Source of the DNA: Wolbachia endosymbiont of Litomosoides sigmodontis
GTDB lineage: Bacteria > Pseudomonadota > Alphaproteobacteria > Rickettsiales > Anaplasmataceae
Length of the DNA stretch: 32,000 bases
Direction of reading: 5' to 3'
Assembly: GCF_013365435.1 (NCBI RefSeq)
Contig: NZ_CP046577.1
Location: forward strand, 720,001-752,000
Position numbers and translations under genes: made by a program. Position 1 is the stretch's first letter; each line of letters begins with the position of its first letter. The notes beneath the pieces were generated by a model. It did no database searches. It saw nothing but the letters and a program-made list of their open reading frames with translations, and was not told where the DNA came from. Positions 1 to 9,514 of the stretch are shown in pieces.

Positions 1-65
1 CTCATTAGACACTTAAACAACTCTGTAATGTTATTTATTCGATTCATTAACAATGAGAGAATTGG
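1..65 (+). mobile_element. 3' terminal fragment of a degenerate IS630/Tc1-mariner-family element, truncated by the window edge
   Basis: 1-65 aligns by eye with the 3' ends of other copies in the window (cf. 22257-22312 'ttaaacaactctgcaacg...ttaataatgagaaataagg'). It ends in the terminal repeat '...caatgagagaattgg' followed by TA (66-67). Confidence 0.5.
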
Positions 66-70
66 TATTA

Positions 71-460
71 CCAATAGTGTCTCATTAAGTTTCCTAAAAC
101 TCTTCCTATCTACCTTTATCTCGTTCATTGTGAATTAGTTTTATATAATATATAAAAATTTCATTTTTTGCATATTGCGGTGTACCGTAAACTTGCTAAC
201 ATTCAAGCCAAATTTTTCCTAGATTTTTATTCTCGTTTCTTTAATGGTAATATTGTAATTTTCTTATATCTATACTTTAACTCGTTCAAACTGATTTTGG
301 TTCAATTTAGTTTTTCTATGATGTTGAGGTGTTTTATCTATTCAGTTAGTGCTGTTCTTGAAATACAATATATTTTTACTAATTCCACACAACCTTTTCA
401 TCCACAATTTAAATTTTAACGCCATTTAAAACTCGCTACTTTACTTACTTGAATATAGCT
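71..460 (-). mobile_element. Degenerate, internally deleted IS630-family copy: terminal repeat plus N-terminal HTH-region remnant, with no DDE region
   Basis: It begins after TA (69-70) with 'ccaatagtgtctcatt', which matches the end 'ccaattctcattgg' at 16093. Positions ~85-455 align with 12270-12700 of the near-full copy. The minus-strand reading gives 'MNEIKVDRK...' and is broken by stops. The + strand ORF 168..419 is an antisense shadow. Confidence 0.55.
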
Positions 461-469
461 TGTTTTTCA

Positions 470-3052
470 TTATTGCCTATCCATTTCTTGTGTAGTGGGA
501 ATTGATATAACTCCTTTTTCCAAAGTACTAAATATTTGATCTACATCAAAATTCATCTTAGGGTGCCAAATAGGTCCATCTAAATGCATATCAATATAGA
601 TTGGATTACTATGACCTGGTAGAATAAAAAAGAACCTGACTAAAGAAATTAAAGCAAAGTTGGGTAAAGTTAAATTAGAAGAGATAGACCCTGAAGCTTG
701 ATTAATTCTAAATTGCAAACTAATTGAACATACGCCATTTTTAACACTTACTTTTCCTATAACATTTTCAAAAAGTGTACTACCGTCGTATATACCATCA
801 TGAGCAAGCGTAGAAATTTCAGGTTTATTCTTACTGTTTAATGAATTCGTGATAAATGAATTAAAATCTACATTAGTAAACTCTATTTCTTGTGCTTGCA
901 AATTAATTTCTCCTGCTAAATTATTAGCCCAATCATAAAAACTTTTCCCTCGAGCTCTAATTTCACCATTTAAGCTTATCTGACCATCTATATTGTCAAT
1001 TCCCATGGCTTCACCAACGCCCTTAGCATCTAAATCTGCAATAAGAAATTTCGTATACATTGAGCCGGATCTCAGATAACCTTGAAAAAATACTTGTCCA
1101 TGTTCTAGTGCATACTTTGCTTGTCTCACAGTGATAGTGTTATTTCTTATTACTGCATCCAAATTAAAATTCTTTAAAACATTCTGCCCAGCCTTAAATT
1201 CTGCAGCATTAATTTGCACATTTGCATCAAAGCTTTCTTTGTCGTCCAAAAAGTCAAACCGCTTTGTTGACCATTGCATTTGATTTATTTTATTTCTCGA
1301 ATCCTTTGTTACTTCTATTAAATTCGGCAATTTAAAGATATCTCCATTAAATTTATTTCCTGTAAGGCTTACATCTAACAATGGTTTAGTATATCTTTGA
1401 TCTACTAATATCTTTGTGCTACCGGTAATATTACAATCTTCCCCAGATAGCTTGATTTTATCTACAACTAGCTTACCCTTTTCCATTTTTAGTAAGAAAT
1501 TCAGATTTTGAATTCCCGTATCATTTAATTTAAAATCACTAGCATTGATTTTTATATTTACATCATACTTCAGATTCTTTAGCCATCGCACTTTAGATGA
1601 ACTATTAAATAATGAACAATCGTACTTATCTGCATCAAGATTATGTACACTAAGCCTACCATCAATTACATTATGTTTTTTTGTGTGACTTACCTTAATT
1701 GATCCCTGCAAAAACTCTTTATCATTTAGAAACTTGATATCGAAAATAGACAGTACCCTAGGGGCAAAATGCAATTCAGAATTCAGTGTAAATCCATTTT
1801 TACGATTTTCCTTCACCTTTATAAAAGGAAAGAAGCACGAAATGAATGACTCAAAATCATCACCCTTTACCAATAAATTACCATTAAATTCGGATAAAGT
1901 ACCACTATTTGAAACTTTTCCTGACAAGGAAGATATGTTATTGACTCCAGGAAATTTAAGCAATGTGTCAACTTTTATTTCACCATTAGCAAATTTAAAT
2001 ATAGCGTGAAATTTATCCAACATCTTATTTTGATATTGAATATTTGAAGCTTCTATATTAAAACCTAAGCTCAAATTTTTTGGCACAACTTTTCTAAAAG
2101 ATTCCAGAATATCCTTTATATCTATTGCTTTCCGCGAGTCATTTTGTATAAAATCCAAATCAACCTTGCTGAAGCTAATTTTGACATTAGTGTGATTATT
2201 TTTTCTATTATTTTGTATTGTACCGCTAGCCTGTATGCTTTTGGATTTTATTCTCAGGTCAGTTGCTGTGAACTCATTTGCATTAAAACCGATATTAGAT
2301 GATATCTCAATATTTTTACCAGGGATGATATAAGCAAGAAAGCTAAGATTAATAATTTTTGCTAAGTCTCTTATAAAATCAGAACTATTATTAATTATTA
2401 GCGTTAACTTGCCCTGCAGTCCTACTTGATCTCTGCTGCCTGTAAATAGCAGATTTATAAAATTTGACTCTACACTGATATGTACATTATTTTTTACAAT
2501 ATTAACTTTTCCTAAAAAGTCATAATTATTACTACCTAACTTTACTTTACCAGAGAAATGCCTATTTCTCCTTATAGCAACTTCCTTTATGTTAACAACA
2601 CTGTCATGGTCAGCGAAATTATCGTTTAAACTCACTTGGCTGTCTTTCATTACTATATCAATTGCGTCACTACTGGCTTTTGCATTTATAATATTAATAA
2701 AATTTTCTCTATTGCTTTTCATACCAAGCAATGTAATTGACTTTGGTTGTAGCGAAAATAAGAGCAACGATAAAACAGATGGCCTTACTTCAATTTTATC
2801 TACGCAAATCAAGGCCGATAATTTTTGTTCTTTATTGTTGTTGCACTGTACGTATACGTTATGAAGAGTGAGCTTTGGTGCGATTAATAAAACTTCGACT
2901 TTTCCTCCAATGCGTACTTTAGCGTTGTAAGTCTTTTCTAATTCTTGCACAATGTATTCTTTATAACTATTCCAGTCCTTAAAAGTCACAGCAATTTGTA
3001 AGAAAATTATCACCAAAACAATTGATAATGTGAAATATACAGAGAGTTTCAT
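470..3052 (-). CDS. AsmA-family outer-membrane assembly / lipid-transfer-type protein (860 aa)
   Basis: One N-terminal TM anchor (LSIVLVIIFLQIAV) is followed by a long beta-rich, repetitive periplasmic region. The AsmA-like N-terminal pattern 'AKVRIGGKVEVLLIAPKLTLHNVYV' is present. The start codon overlaps the murJ stop (ATGA at 3049-3052). Confidence 0.7.
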   Translation of the reverse strand: MKLSVYFTLSIVLVIIFLQIAVTFKDWNSYKEYIVQELEKTYNAKVRIGGKVEVLLIAPKLTLHNVYVQCNNNKEQKLSALICVDKIEVRPSVLSLLLFSLQPKSITLLGMKSNRENFINIINAKASSDAIDIVMKDSQVSLNDNFADHDSVVNIKEVAIRRNRHFSGKVKLGSNNYDFLGKVNIVKNNVHISVESNFINLLFTGSRDQVGLQGKLTLIINNSSDFIRDLAKIINLSFLAYIIPGKNIEISSNIGFNANEFTATDLRIKSKSIQASGTIQNNRKNNHTNVKISFSKVDLDFIQNDSRKAIDIKDILESFRKVVPKNLSLGFNIEASNIQYQNKMLDKFHAIFKFANGEIKVDTLLKFPGVNNISSLSGKVSNSGTLSEFNGNLLVKGDDFESFISCFFPFIKVKENRKNGFTLNSELHFAPRVLSIFDIKFLNDKEFLQGSIKVSHTKKHNVIDGRLSVHNLDADKYDCSLFNSSSKVRWLKNLKYDVNIKINASDFKLNDTGIQNLNFLLKMEKGKLVVDKIKLSGEDCNITGSTKILVDQRYTKPLLDVSLTGNKFNGDIFKLPNLIEVTKDSRNKINQMQWSTKRFDFLDDKESFDANVQINAAEFKAGQNVLKNFNLDAVIRNNTITVRQAKYALEHGQVFFQGYLRSGSMYTKFLIADLDAKGVGEAMGIDNIDGQISLNGEIRARGKSFYDWANNLAGEINLQAQEIEFTNVDFNSFITNSLNSKNKPEISTLAHDGIYDGSTLFENVIGKVSVKNGVCSISLQFRINQASGSISSNLTLPNFALISLVRFFFILPGHSNPIYIDMHLDGPIWHPKMNFDVDQIFSTLEKGVISIPTTQEMDRQ

Positions 3053-4542
3053 AATTTTATATACTTAAAATCACCCATAAACATTAAGTAAAGAGTACCA
3101 AAATAAACAACAACACTTAAAACTATTAAAGCTGCTAAATAGATAACACGAGCAAATATTCTATCGAAGAAGAACCCTACTGATAAGGAATTAGAAACAT
3201 AAAGAGCTATCGACATAACTATCGTTGCTACAAGAATTTTTACAATATTTAATAATAATACTTGGCTAACTCTATACATTTTGTTTATTGTTAAGTAATT
3301 AATCAATAGAATAGAATTTATCCAAGTGGAAATGGAAGTAGCAATAGCAATTCCCGTATGCTGATACTTGTTCATTAACAAGAGATTTAACCCCATATTA
3401 ATTCCAAGGCACACTAGTGAAAATATAGTTGGTATTTTTAGATTACCTTTAGCAAAGAAAGTGGGAAGTAATACTTTATTGATAATGAATGCAGGTAAAG
3501 AAAGAGAAAGTGCTATCAACGTTGGAGCAGTTTGCTGTACTGCATAGTGATCAAACTTACCGTAAGAAAAAAGTGTCAGTAAAATTGTGTTGGGAATAAT
3601 AATAAAGGCAGCAGTTGTTGGCATAATTAACATTAATCCTATGTTAAGAGCCCTGTTCTGTATTTTAACTGTATTTTCGGTATCATTTGCCTGTTTTGAG
3701 ATTAAAGGAAGAAGTACCGCGCCAATTGCAGTACCTATTACTCCTTGCGGTAATTGATTTAGTCTATCAGCATAATATATATAGGATATCGCATTTGGTG
3801 TAGAACTTGCCATAACTATATCAATCCATAGGCTTATCTGAATTACACAATTGTTGATAATTGCTGGTATCACACGCTTAAAAAATAACTTTACTTCATT
3901 ACTCAATTTCATGCTAAAGAAAAAGACGGCCTTTAATTTGTACGCACCAAATAGCATCAATAATAACTGCAACATTCCTCCAATCAGAACAGCTATAGAA
4001 AGATTATGAACTGGTGTTTTTATGTAAGGCACAAATAAACTAGCGATTAAACAGAGGTTTAAAATAATCGGTGCAATAGCTGTTAAAGCAAAATGTCGCT
4101 TAACTTGTAACATCCCTCCAATGAGGGATGCAATTGAAGCAAAGATTACATAAGGCATCATAATTCTTGACAAAGTTACAGTGAGAGCAAGCTTGCTTTG
4201 GTCAAAGCCAGGAGTAAATATTTGAACTATATAAGAAAAGAAAGTTTGTGTTATAAAACAAAAAATTAATACAATAATAAACGTAATGGATATTACACTA
4301 CTTGCAAAAGCAAATGCTCTCTTATCATCACGTGACTCTGCTGAATACAATGGTATAAAAGAGATAGTAAATGCTCCCTCTGCAAAAAATGCTCGAAATA
4401 GGTTGGCAAAGCGAAATGAAGAAAAAAATACATCTGCAAGAGAGGTTGCACCGACAACTATAGCAATTAATATGTCTCTTATTAATCCTAAGATTCTTGA
4501 AACAGCTGTAAAAAAACTAAATGTGAAAATACTTTTAAACAT
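3049..4542 (-). CDS. murJ: Lipid II flippase MurJ/MviN (497 aa)
   Basis: The N-terminus 'FFTAVSRILGLIRDILIAIVVGATSLADVFFSSFRFANLFRAFFAEGAF' is the MurJ signature. The protein is polytopic (~14 TM) throughout. Confidence 0.95.
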   Translation of the reverse strand: MFKSIFTFSFFTAVSRILGLIRDILIAIVVGATSLADVFFSSFRFANLFRAFFAEGAFTISFIPLYSAESRDDKRAFAFASSVISITFIIVLIFCFITQTFFSYIVQIFTPGFDQSKLALTVTLSRIMMPYVIFASIASLIGGMLQVKRHFALTAIAPIILNLCLIASLFVPYIKTPVHNLSIAVLIGGMLQLLLMLFGAYKLKAVFFFSMKLSNEVKLFFKRVIPAIINNCVIQISLWIDIVMASSTPNAISYIYYADRLNQLPQGVIGTAIGAVLLPLISKQANDTENTVKIQNRALNIGLMLIMPTTAAFIIIPNTILLTLFSYGKFDHYAVQQTAPTLIALSLSLPAFIINKVLLPTFFAKGNLKIPTIFSLVCLGINMGLNLLLMNKYQHTGIAIATSISTWINSILLINYLTINKMYRVSQVLLLNIVKILVATIVMSIALYVSNSLSVGFFFDRIFARVIYLAALIVLSVVVYFGTLYLMFMGDFKYIKL

Positions 4543-5583
4543 TGCTATTTACCACTACTCTAGACTATATTTAGTGTCAATATAATTGACTATAATAGCT
4601 TAATAGAAATTTATCTTCTGGATTTATGAATTTCTCTGAAAGAGAGCTTTTTGCACTATCTCAGGTAAGATAAGCGGTAACAGATTAAACGAAAGAACAG
4701 TGCAGAAATAATAAGTCTAATAGGTGAATCTTATACCGTTATTAACCCATATCCATATGCTAAATGGAAAGCTTAGCAGCCCAGTTAGTACAGGCACTGT
4801 TGACTCTTTTTAGTAGCATCCCAAATAGTCAAATCACAGATAAAGATACAGAAAAAAAGTAGAAAATGCTTCAATGCTACAGTCACTCACTAAGTTTCTA
4901 AAAAAATTCAAGTGTGTTAGGAAAAAATGATATAATTAAGTATAGAAGTAAAATGCCAAAATCAAGAAGTAAAAAAAATGCTAACAGAAATAAGTATTAC
5001 TGACTCAGTAAGAGCAAAATCTATAGCAGGAGTCATGAAAAGGTATAAGACATGGAGTTGTAACCAACGCTGAAAGTATTTACCAAAAAAAACATTGTCA
5101 GCTCTATCTAAATGAGAAAATACAAGAAAGAACATCAATATAAGCTATAAAAATACAAGCTTATTGCAAACATTTATATAGCAACAGTACACAAGCAGGA
5201 GATTGCATATTAAAATTCCAGCCCAGTACATAACCTACATTACGTAGCGTTAATATTGTTAAGGATATATCAACATGCCAGTCAATACTCCAAGGATATA
5301 GATTATTCCATTTAATTGCAACTTAAATAAGTTGCTAGGATTATTAATTATTGCTGCTGCTTTTAGAGAAAGAACAGGAAAAATACAAGATATAAAGTTA
5401 AGCATCACACACGCCAATAAATGCGAACGCTGAATTTATTAGAAATCTTACAATTTTACATATAACGAGTATCACAATATAGTCTAAAATAAAAGAATCT
5501 ACTTAAATAGTCAATTGACTTTTTTACTGATATGTTAGATACTTTATACCTCTTACACATGCGTGTTAGAAATTTCATACTTT

Positions 5584-5660
5584 GGCGAGTGTAGCTCAGT
5601 TGGTAGAGCGTCAGTTTGTGGTACTGAATGCCGCCAGTTCGATTCTGGTCGCTCGCCCCA
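5584..5660 (+). tRNA. tRNA-His (anticodon GTG) with encoded G-1, C73 and 3' CCA
   Basis: Hand-folded cloverleaf. G-1 is at 5584 and the acceptor is 5585-5591/5650-5656. The D arm is gctc/gagc. The anticodon stem is tcagt/actga with loop ttGTGgt (5616-5622). The T arm is gccag-ttcgatt-ctggt. The discriminator is C5657 and CCA is at 5658-5660. Confidence 0.93.
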
Positions 5661-5709
5661 ATAAAACTTCTTACTTTGCAAAGATATGAACACCAAAATC
5701 AGTGTGCAA

Positions 5710-6457
5710 CTACCCAGCCAGCAAAAATTCTTTAATGGTCTGAAATAAAACTTTCAATGAATGATTGTCATATATGTTATATTTTACTTATTTTATCAAA
5801 TGCACTTCAACATTGATTGACCTGAACTTTTTAGCTAACTTTAACGAAGTTAGTAAGAAACATCTTTGTCATCAATACTATGCAACAAACGCACAGGACA
5901 GTTTATATCTATTGTTTCTTTCTTTAAAAGTAGATTTTTTTCTACCATCTCCTATCAAGCTTTTAGTTATTTTGTATATGCCATGTTCTGAAGTAAAATC
6001 TACTCTATCTTTAGAGTCAAGTTCTTCTTTTTTCTCATGAGATAGTTAATAGAAGATTAAATCCTCAGTAAAGTCAAGAGTAGACGATATGCCAATTAAT
6101 GCTGCAATTCTTTCTTGAAGTTAAAGAACAGTGAGCAACATCAGCCACTCTCCCATGCTTAAACCTATAATTATTTGTTTTTTACCAGTTAATTCACGCA
6201 CTACTTTAGCACAATTTTCTTGCCAATCACTCATCGTGTAATCAATAAAATCACCACTTGAATAACCGTGACCAAAGTAATCAAGTAACACGAATACTAT
6301 ATCATTTTCTTGACAAAATTTATAAATAGCAGTTGCTTTAGTTACTCTCATATTGGATACAAATTCACCGAAAAAGACTATAAAAGCTTTCCTTCTTTGT
6401 AGCTTACAATTATACTATGTACTTACCATTTTCATCAAACAATTTATTATAATCCAT
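5710..6457 (-). pseudogene. alpha/beta-hydrolase-fold protein pseudogene (frameshifts and in-frame stops)
   Basis: Minus-strand fragments sit in different frames. They read 'KAFIVFFGEFVSNM', then 'DYFGHGYSSGDF...IIIGLSMGEW' (nucleophile-elbow GxSxG; this is the 76-aa ORF 6121..6351). After that come 'LQERIAALIGISSTLDFTEDLIF', 'DGRKKSTF' and '...EVHLIK', interrupted by stops. An ATG at 6457 sits 1 nt after the cytochrome c stop. Confidence 0.7.
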
Positions 6458-6458
6458 A

Positions 6459-6989
6459 TTATTTTGGCAAAGCAACTGGACTATCGCTTAATTGACGTAA
6501 GTAACTGACTAAATCTGCAATTTCTTGCGGATTAGCAATACCTGCAAATGCCATACGTGTACCTTTTATATAGTCTTTTGGACTCTTTAAGAAAGCAAAT
6601 AATTCTTCATATCCCCACTTTCCGCCTTTTTCAAGCACTGCTCTTGAGTAATTGAATGAGTCACTAAGGTGTGCTTTTTTATTTCCAACTATGTTCCATA
6701 AGTTTGGCCCTACTTTACTGATTCCACCTTTGTCAAAACTATGGCAAGCTACACATTTTTTTGCTATTGATTTACCTTTTTCAAAGCTAGCATTTTGCAT
6801 GAGTTCTCCAATATCTAGTACCACTTGTTCAATTTTTTGCTGAGGTTTATTATTACTGTCATTAGCCACTATTATTTGGTGTTCAATCTTATATTCCTCT
6901 GGACTATAAAGTATATCAACTACGTTACTGACTATCATAATGATTAGCCCAGAAAGTAAAATCGATGCTGCAATCTTATTAAGTTCCAT
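6459..6989 (-). CDS. cycM: Membrane-anchored class I cytochrome c (mitochondrial-type, CycM-like; 176 aa)
   Basis: N-terminal TM anchor (AASILLSGLIIMIVSNVV), heme motif CVACH, 'GPNLWNIVG' and the distal Met region 'GTRMAFAGI'. Confidence 0.9.
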   Translation of the reverse strand: MELNKIAASILLSGLIIMIVSNVVDILYSPEEYKIEHQIIVANDSNNKPQQKIEQVVLDIGELMQNASFEKGKSIAKKCVACHSFDKGGISKVGPNLWNIVGNKKAHLSDSFNYSRAVLEKGGKWGYEELFAFLKSPKDYIKGTRMAFAGIANPQEIADLVSYLRQLSDSPVALPK

Positions 6990-7764
6990 AGCTAATTTTT
7001 ATCAATTAATGTTACTCAAATTATGCAAATATTTCTGCAGACAGCAAACAATTATCTGAGCTCATCAAAGATAAAAATTGCCAATAGTCAAGTTGCTGTT
7101 TTCGCTTGCAGAAGGAATTTGTAATTCAATTACATACTTATCTGGATTAATATATTCTAATAAACTTCTTGCAAATATGCTGTAACAATTGTCACCATGA
7201 TAATTTTTTCTGGTAGTATAATAGCTCCTACTTCTACACCTATTGCTATTACCATTAAATTGCAAATTCACTAAGAGGAACAGCATTTGCGATTTTTGCA
7301 AAGGCAAATTACAGTTACTATACCTGATGGCCTGCCATAGAGATAAAAACGACATAAGTGCTGCTATTACACGTTTTTCAACAATTTTTCCTTTCCCTTT
7401 CTTTTCGTTAATTCATCGTGATAACAACAAACGCAACTCTATAGCTACAAGCACTAGCACAGAACTGTAAAACTTAGTCTTACAATAGCTCCTATTACAG
7501 CACTCACTTCCACAACAGCTCCCACAACTACTTCCTGCATCTCATTAAAATTAGTAAAATAATCTATTTGCTCACTAAAAGACACACTCATAATCCCTTT
7601 TTCTTATATAATTTCCCTTAATGCCTTGTTAAAAAGCACATCACAGCACTTTTATGTTTAATCTACAAATTATTTACTGAATTACGCCAGCTTCAAAAAA
7701 ATGGTAAATACAATTGTAGAATAAACTTAAAAAGTCTAGTAAAATATTTTTTTTATTTGCAACT

Positions 7765-9504
7765 ATGCTACATAGTTTTGAAAAACGCAGCATAACAAAT
7801 GCATTATGGAAATTACAAGAAGCCGATCAAAGGGATGTTCTAACCCTTACTCAGAGATTTGAATTACCAGAAATCCTAGCTAGGACACTAGTTACTCGTG
7901 GTGTCAATATAGAAAATGCGGGCAATTTCTTATATCCATTAATCAAATCGCTATTACCAGATCCTTTTCATCTTCTTGATATGGATAAAGCTGTTTTTCG
8001 CATAATACAGGCAATAAATAATGACGAAAATATAGCAATATTTGGTGACTATGATGTTGATGGTGCAGCGTCATCAGCACTGATTAGCAGGTACTTAAGA
8101 GCAATTGGTATACACTCTATAATCTATATCCCAGATCGTGTTGATGAGGGGTATGGATTAAATGCAGATGCTTTGTTGCAGCTCAAAAAGAAAGGAATTA
8201 ACTTATGCATTTCCGTTGATTGTGGTACGCTTGCATATCGGCCAATAGAAGATGCAAAGGACTTTGGTCTTGATATTATAGTTATTGATCATCACCTTGG
8301 CACAGAAAAACTGCCAAGTGCTGTAGCAATTGTAAACCCAAATCGTCTTGATGAAAGTTCCCCTTATAACTGCCTTGCAGCAGTTGGAGTATCATTTTTG
8401 CTAACTGTTGCTCTTAATAAAAGATTACGTGAACAAGATTTTTTTGCAGGCAAAAAAGAACCAGATTTATTTGATTTGCTGGATTTAGTTGCTCTTGGAA
8501 CCGTTTGCGATGTTATGCAGATTACTGACCTGAACAGAGCATTCGTCTCACAAGGATTAAAAGTTATGTCAGCAAGAAAGAACGTTGGCTTGCGCGTTTT
8601 ATTTGATGCTTTAGGAATTCTTGAAAGACCTAGTGTTTCTCAGCTAGGTTTTAACATTGGGCCGTGCATAAATGCTGGAGGGAGAATCGGAGAAGCATTG
8701 CTAGGTGCAAAGTTGCTATCTACAAATGATGAAAATGAAGCGTATTCCATTGCATTAAAATTGATAGATTTGAATAATGCAAGAAAGATGATGGAAAATG
8801 AAGCTCTTTTAGAGGCTATAATACAAGTAGAAAAGTCTATGCAGACAGGCACAAATTTTATAATGGTAAGTGGCAATTGGCATCAGGGAATAATTGGTAT
8901 TATTGCATCAAGACTTAAGGAAAAATTTCACTTGCCAACAATAGTAATATCTATGAATAATAAAATAGGAAAAGCAAGTTGCAGGTCAATTCCTGGAGTT
9001 GATATTGGTACTGCAGTTCTTTCTGCAAAGTGCATGAATTTAATTATTGAAGGAGGCGGCCATAGCATGGCAGCAGGATTTTCAATTAAAGAAGATAAAA
9101 TAAGCGATTTACATGACTTTTTCACTGAAAGGTTTGTACATTCTATAAATGATAAAGCTTTAAAAGTTGACGGCATAGTAACTGCTAAGGCAATAAACTT
9201 ATCTCTGTGGAATCAACTACAACGCCTTGAGCCATTTGGTATTGGCAACCCTGAACCAAGATTTATCATTCAAGGAGCAAAAATTAGGAAGCCAGAAATT
9301 GTAGGATTTGACCATATAAAATGTTTCATCGCTGATGATGACGTTATGGTCAGAGCTATTGCATTTCGTTCTGTAAATACTCATCTTGGTTCTGCTATCA
9401 TGCAGGGCAATGTTGAAGCTATTTTAGGTAGAATCTCTATGAATTATTGGAATGGCAATAAATTTGTGCAATTTTTAATAGAAGATGTGTTAGCCATCAA
9501 TTGA
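7765..9504 (+). CDS. recJ: Single-stranded-DNA-specific exonuclease RecJ (579 aa)
   Basis: DHH-family motifs are present: 'IAIFGDYDVDGAASS', 'IPDRVDEGYGL', 'ISVDCG', 'VIDHH' and 'GGGHSMAAG' (DHHA1). Confidence 0.95.
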   Translation: MLHSFEKRSITNALWKLQEADQRDVLTLTQRFELPEILARTLVTRGVNIENAGNFLYPLIKSLLPDPFHLLDMDKAVFRIIQAINNDENIAIFGDYDVDGAASSALISRYLRAIGIHSIIYIPDRVDEGYGLNADALLQLKKKGINLCISVDCGTLAYRPIEDAKDFGLDIIVIDHHLGTEKLPSAVAIVNPNRLDESSPYNCLAAVGVSFLLTVALNKRLREQDFFAGKKEPDLFDLLDLVALGTVCDVMQITDLNRAFVSQGLKVMSARKNVGLRVLFDALGILERPSVSQLGFNIGPCINAGGRIGEALLGAKLLSTNDENEAYSIALKLIDLNNARKMMENEALLEAIIQVEKSMQTGTNFIMVSGNWHQGIIGIIASRLKEKFHLPTIVISMNNKIGKASCRSIPGVDIGTAVLSAKCMNLIIEGGGHSMAAGFSIKEDKISDLHDFFTERFVHSINDKALKVDGIVTAKAINLSLWNQLQRLEPFGIGNPEPRFIIQGAKIRKPEIVGFDHIKCFIADDDVMVRAIAFRSVNTHLGSAIMQGNVEAILGRISMNYWNGNKFVQFLIEDVLAIN

Positions 9505-9514
9505 ATTATTGCAG

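Noticed and set aside
5765-6040. 91-aa + strand ORF.
   Set aside because: It is antisense to the hydrolase pseudogene's C-terminal region and has no motifs.
6121-6351. 76-aa ORF considered as an independent small hydrolase gene.
   Set aside because: It is only the central piece (nucleophile elbow) of an alpha/beta-hydrolase. The N- and C-terminal parts lie in other frames and are interrupted by stops, so I called the whole region a pseudogene.
7065-7470. ORFs 7065..7355 (-) and 7243..7470 (+) in the cycM-recJ intergenic region.
   Set aside because: They overlap each other, have no recognisable motifs or convincing ribosome-binding sites, and their composition looks random. They may be decayed sequence, but I cannot support a call.
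7454-7591. 45-aa minus-strand ORF (MSVSFSEQIDYFTNFNEMQEVVVGAVVEVSAVIGAIVRLSFTVLC) with 'aagggatt' just upstream of the ATG, divergent from recJ.
   Set aside because: It is too short, the SD-like spacing is too tight, and I recognise no homology. Support is not sufficient without conservation or expression data.
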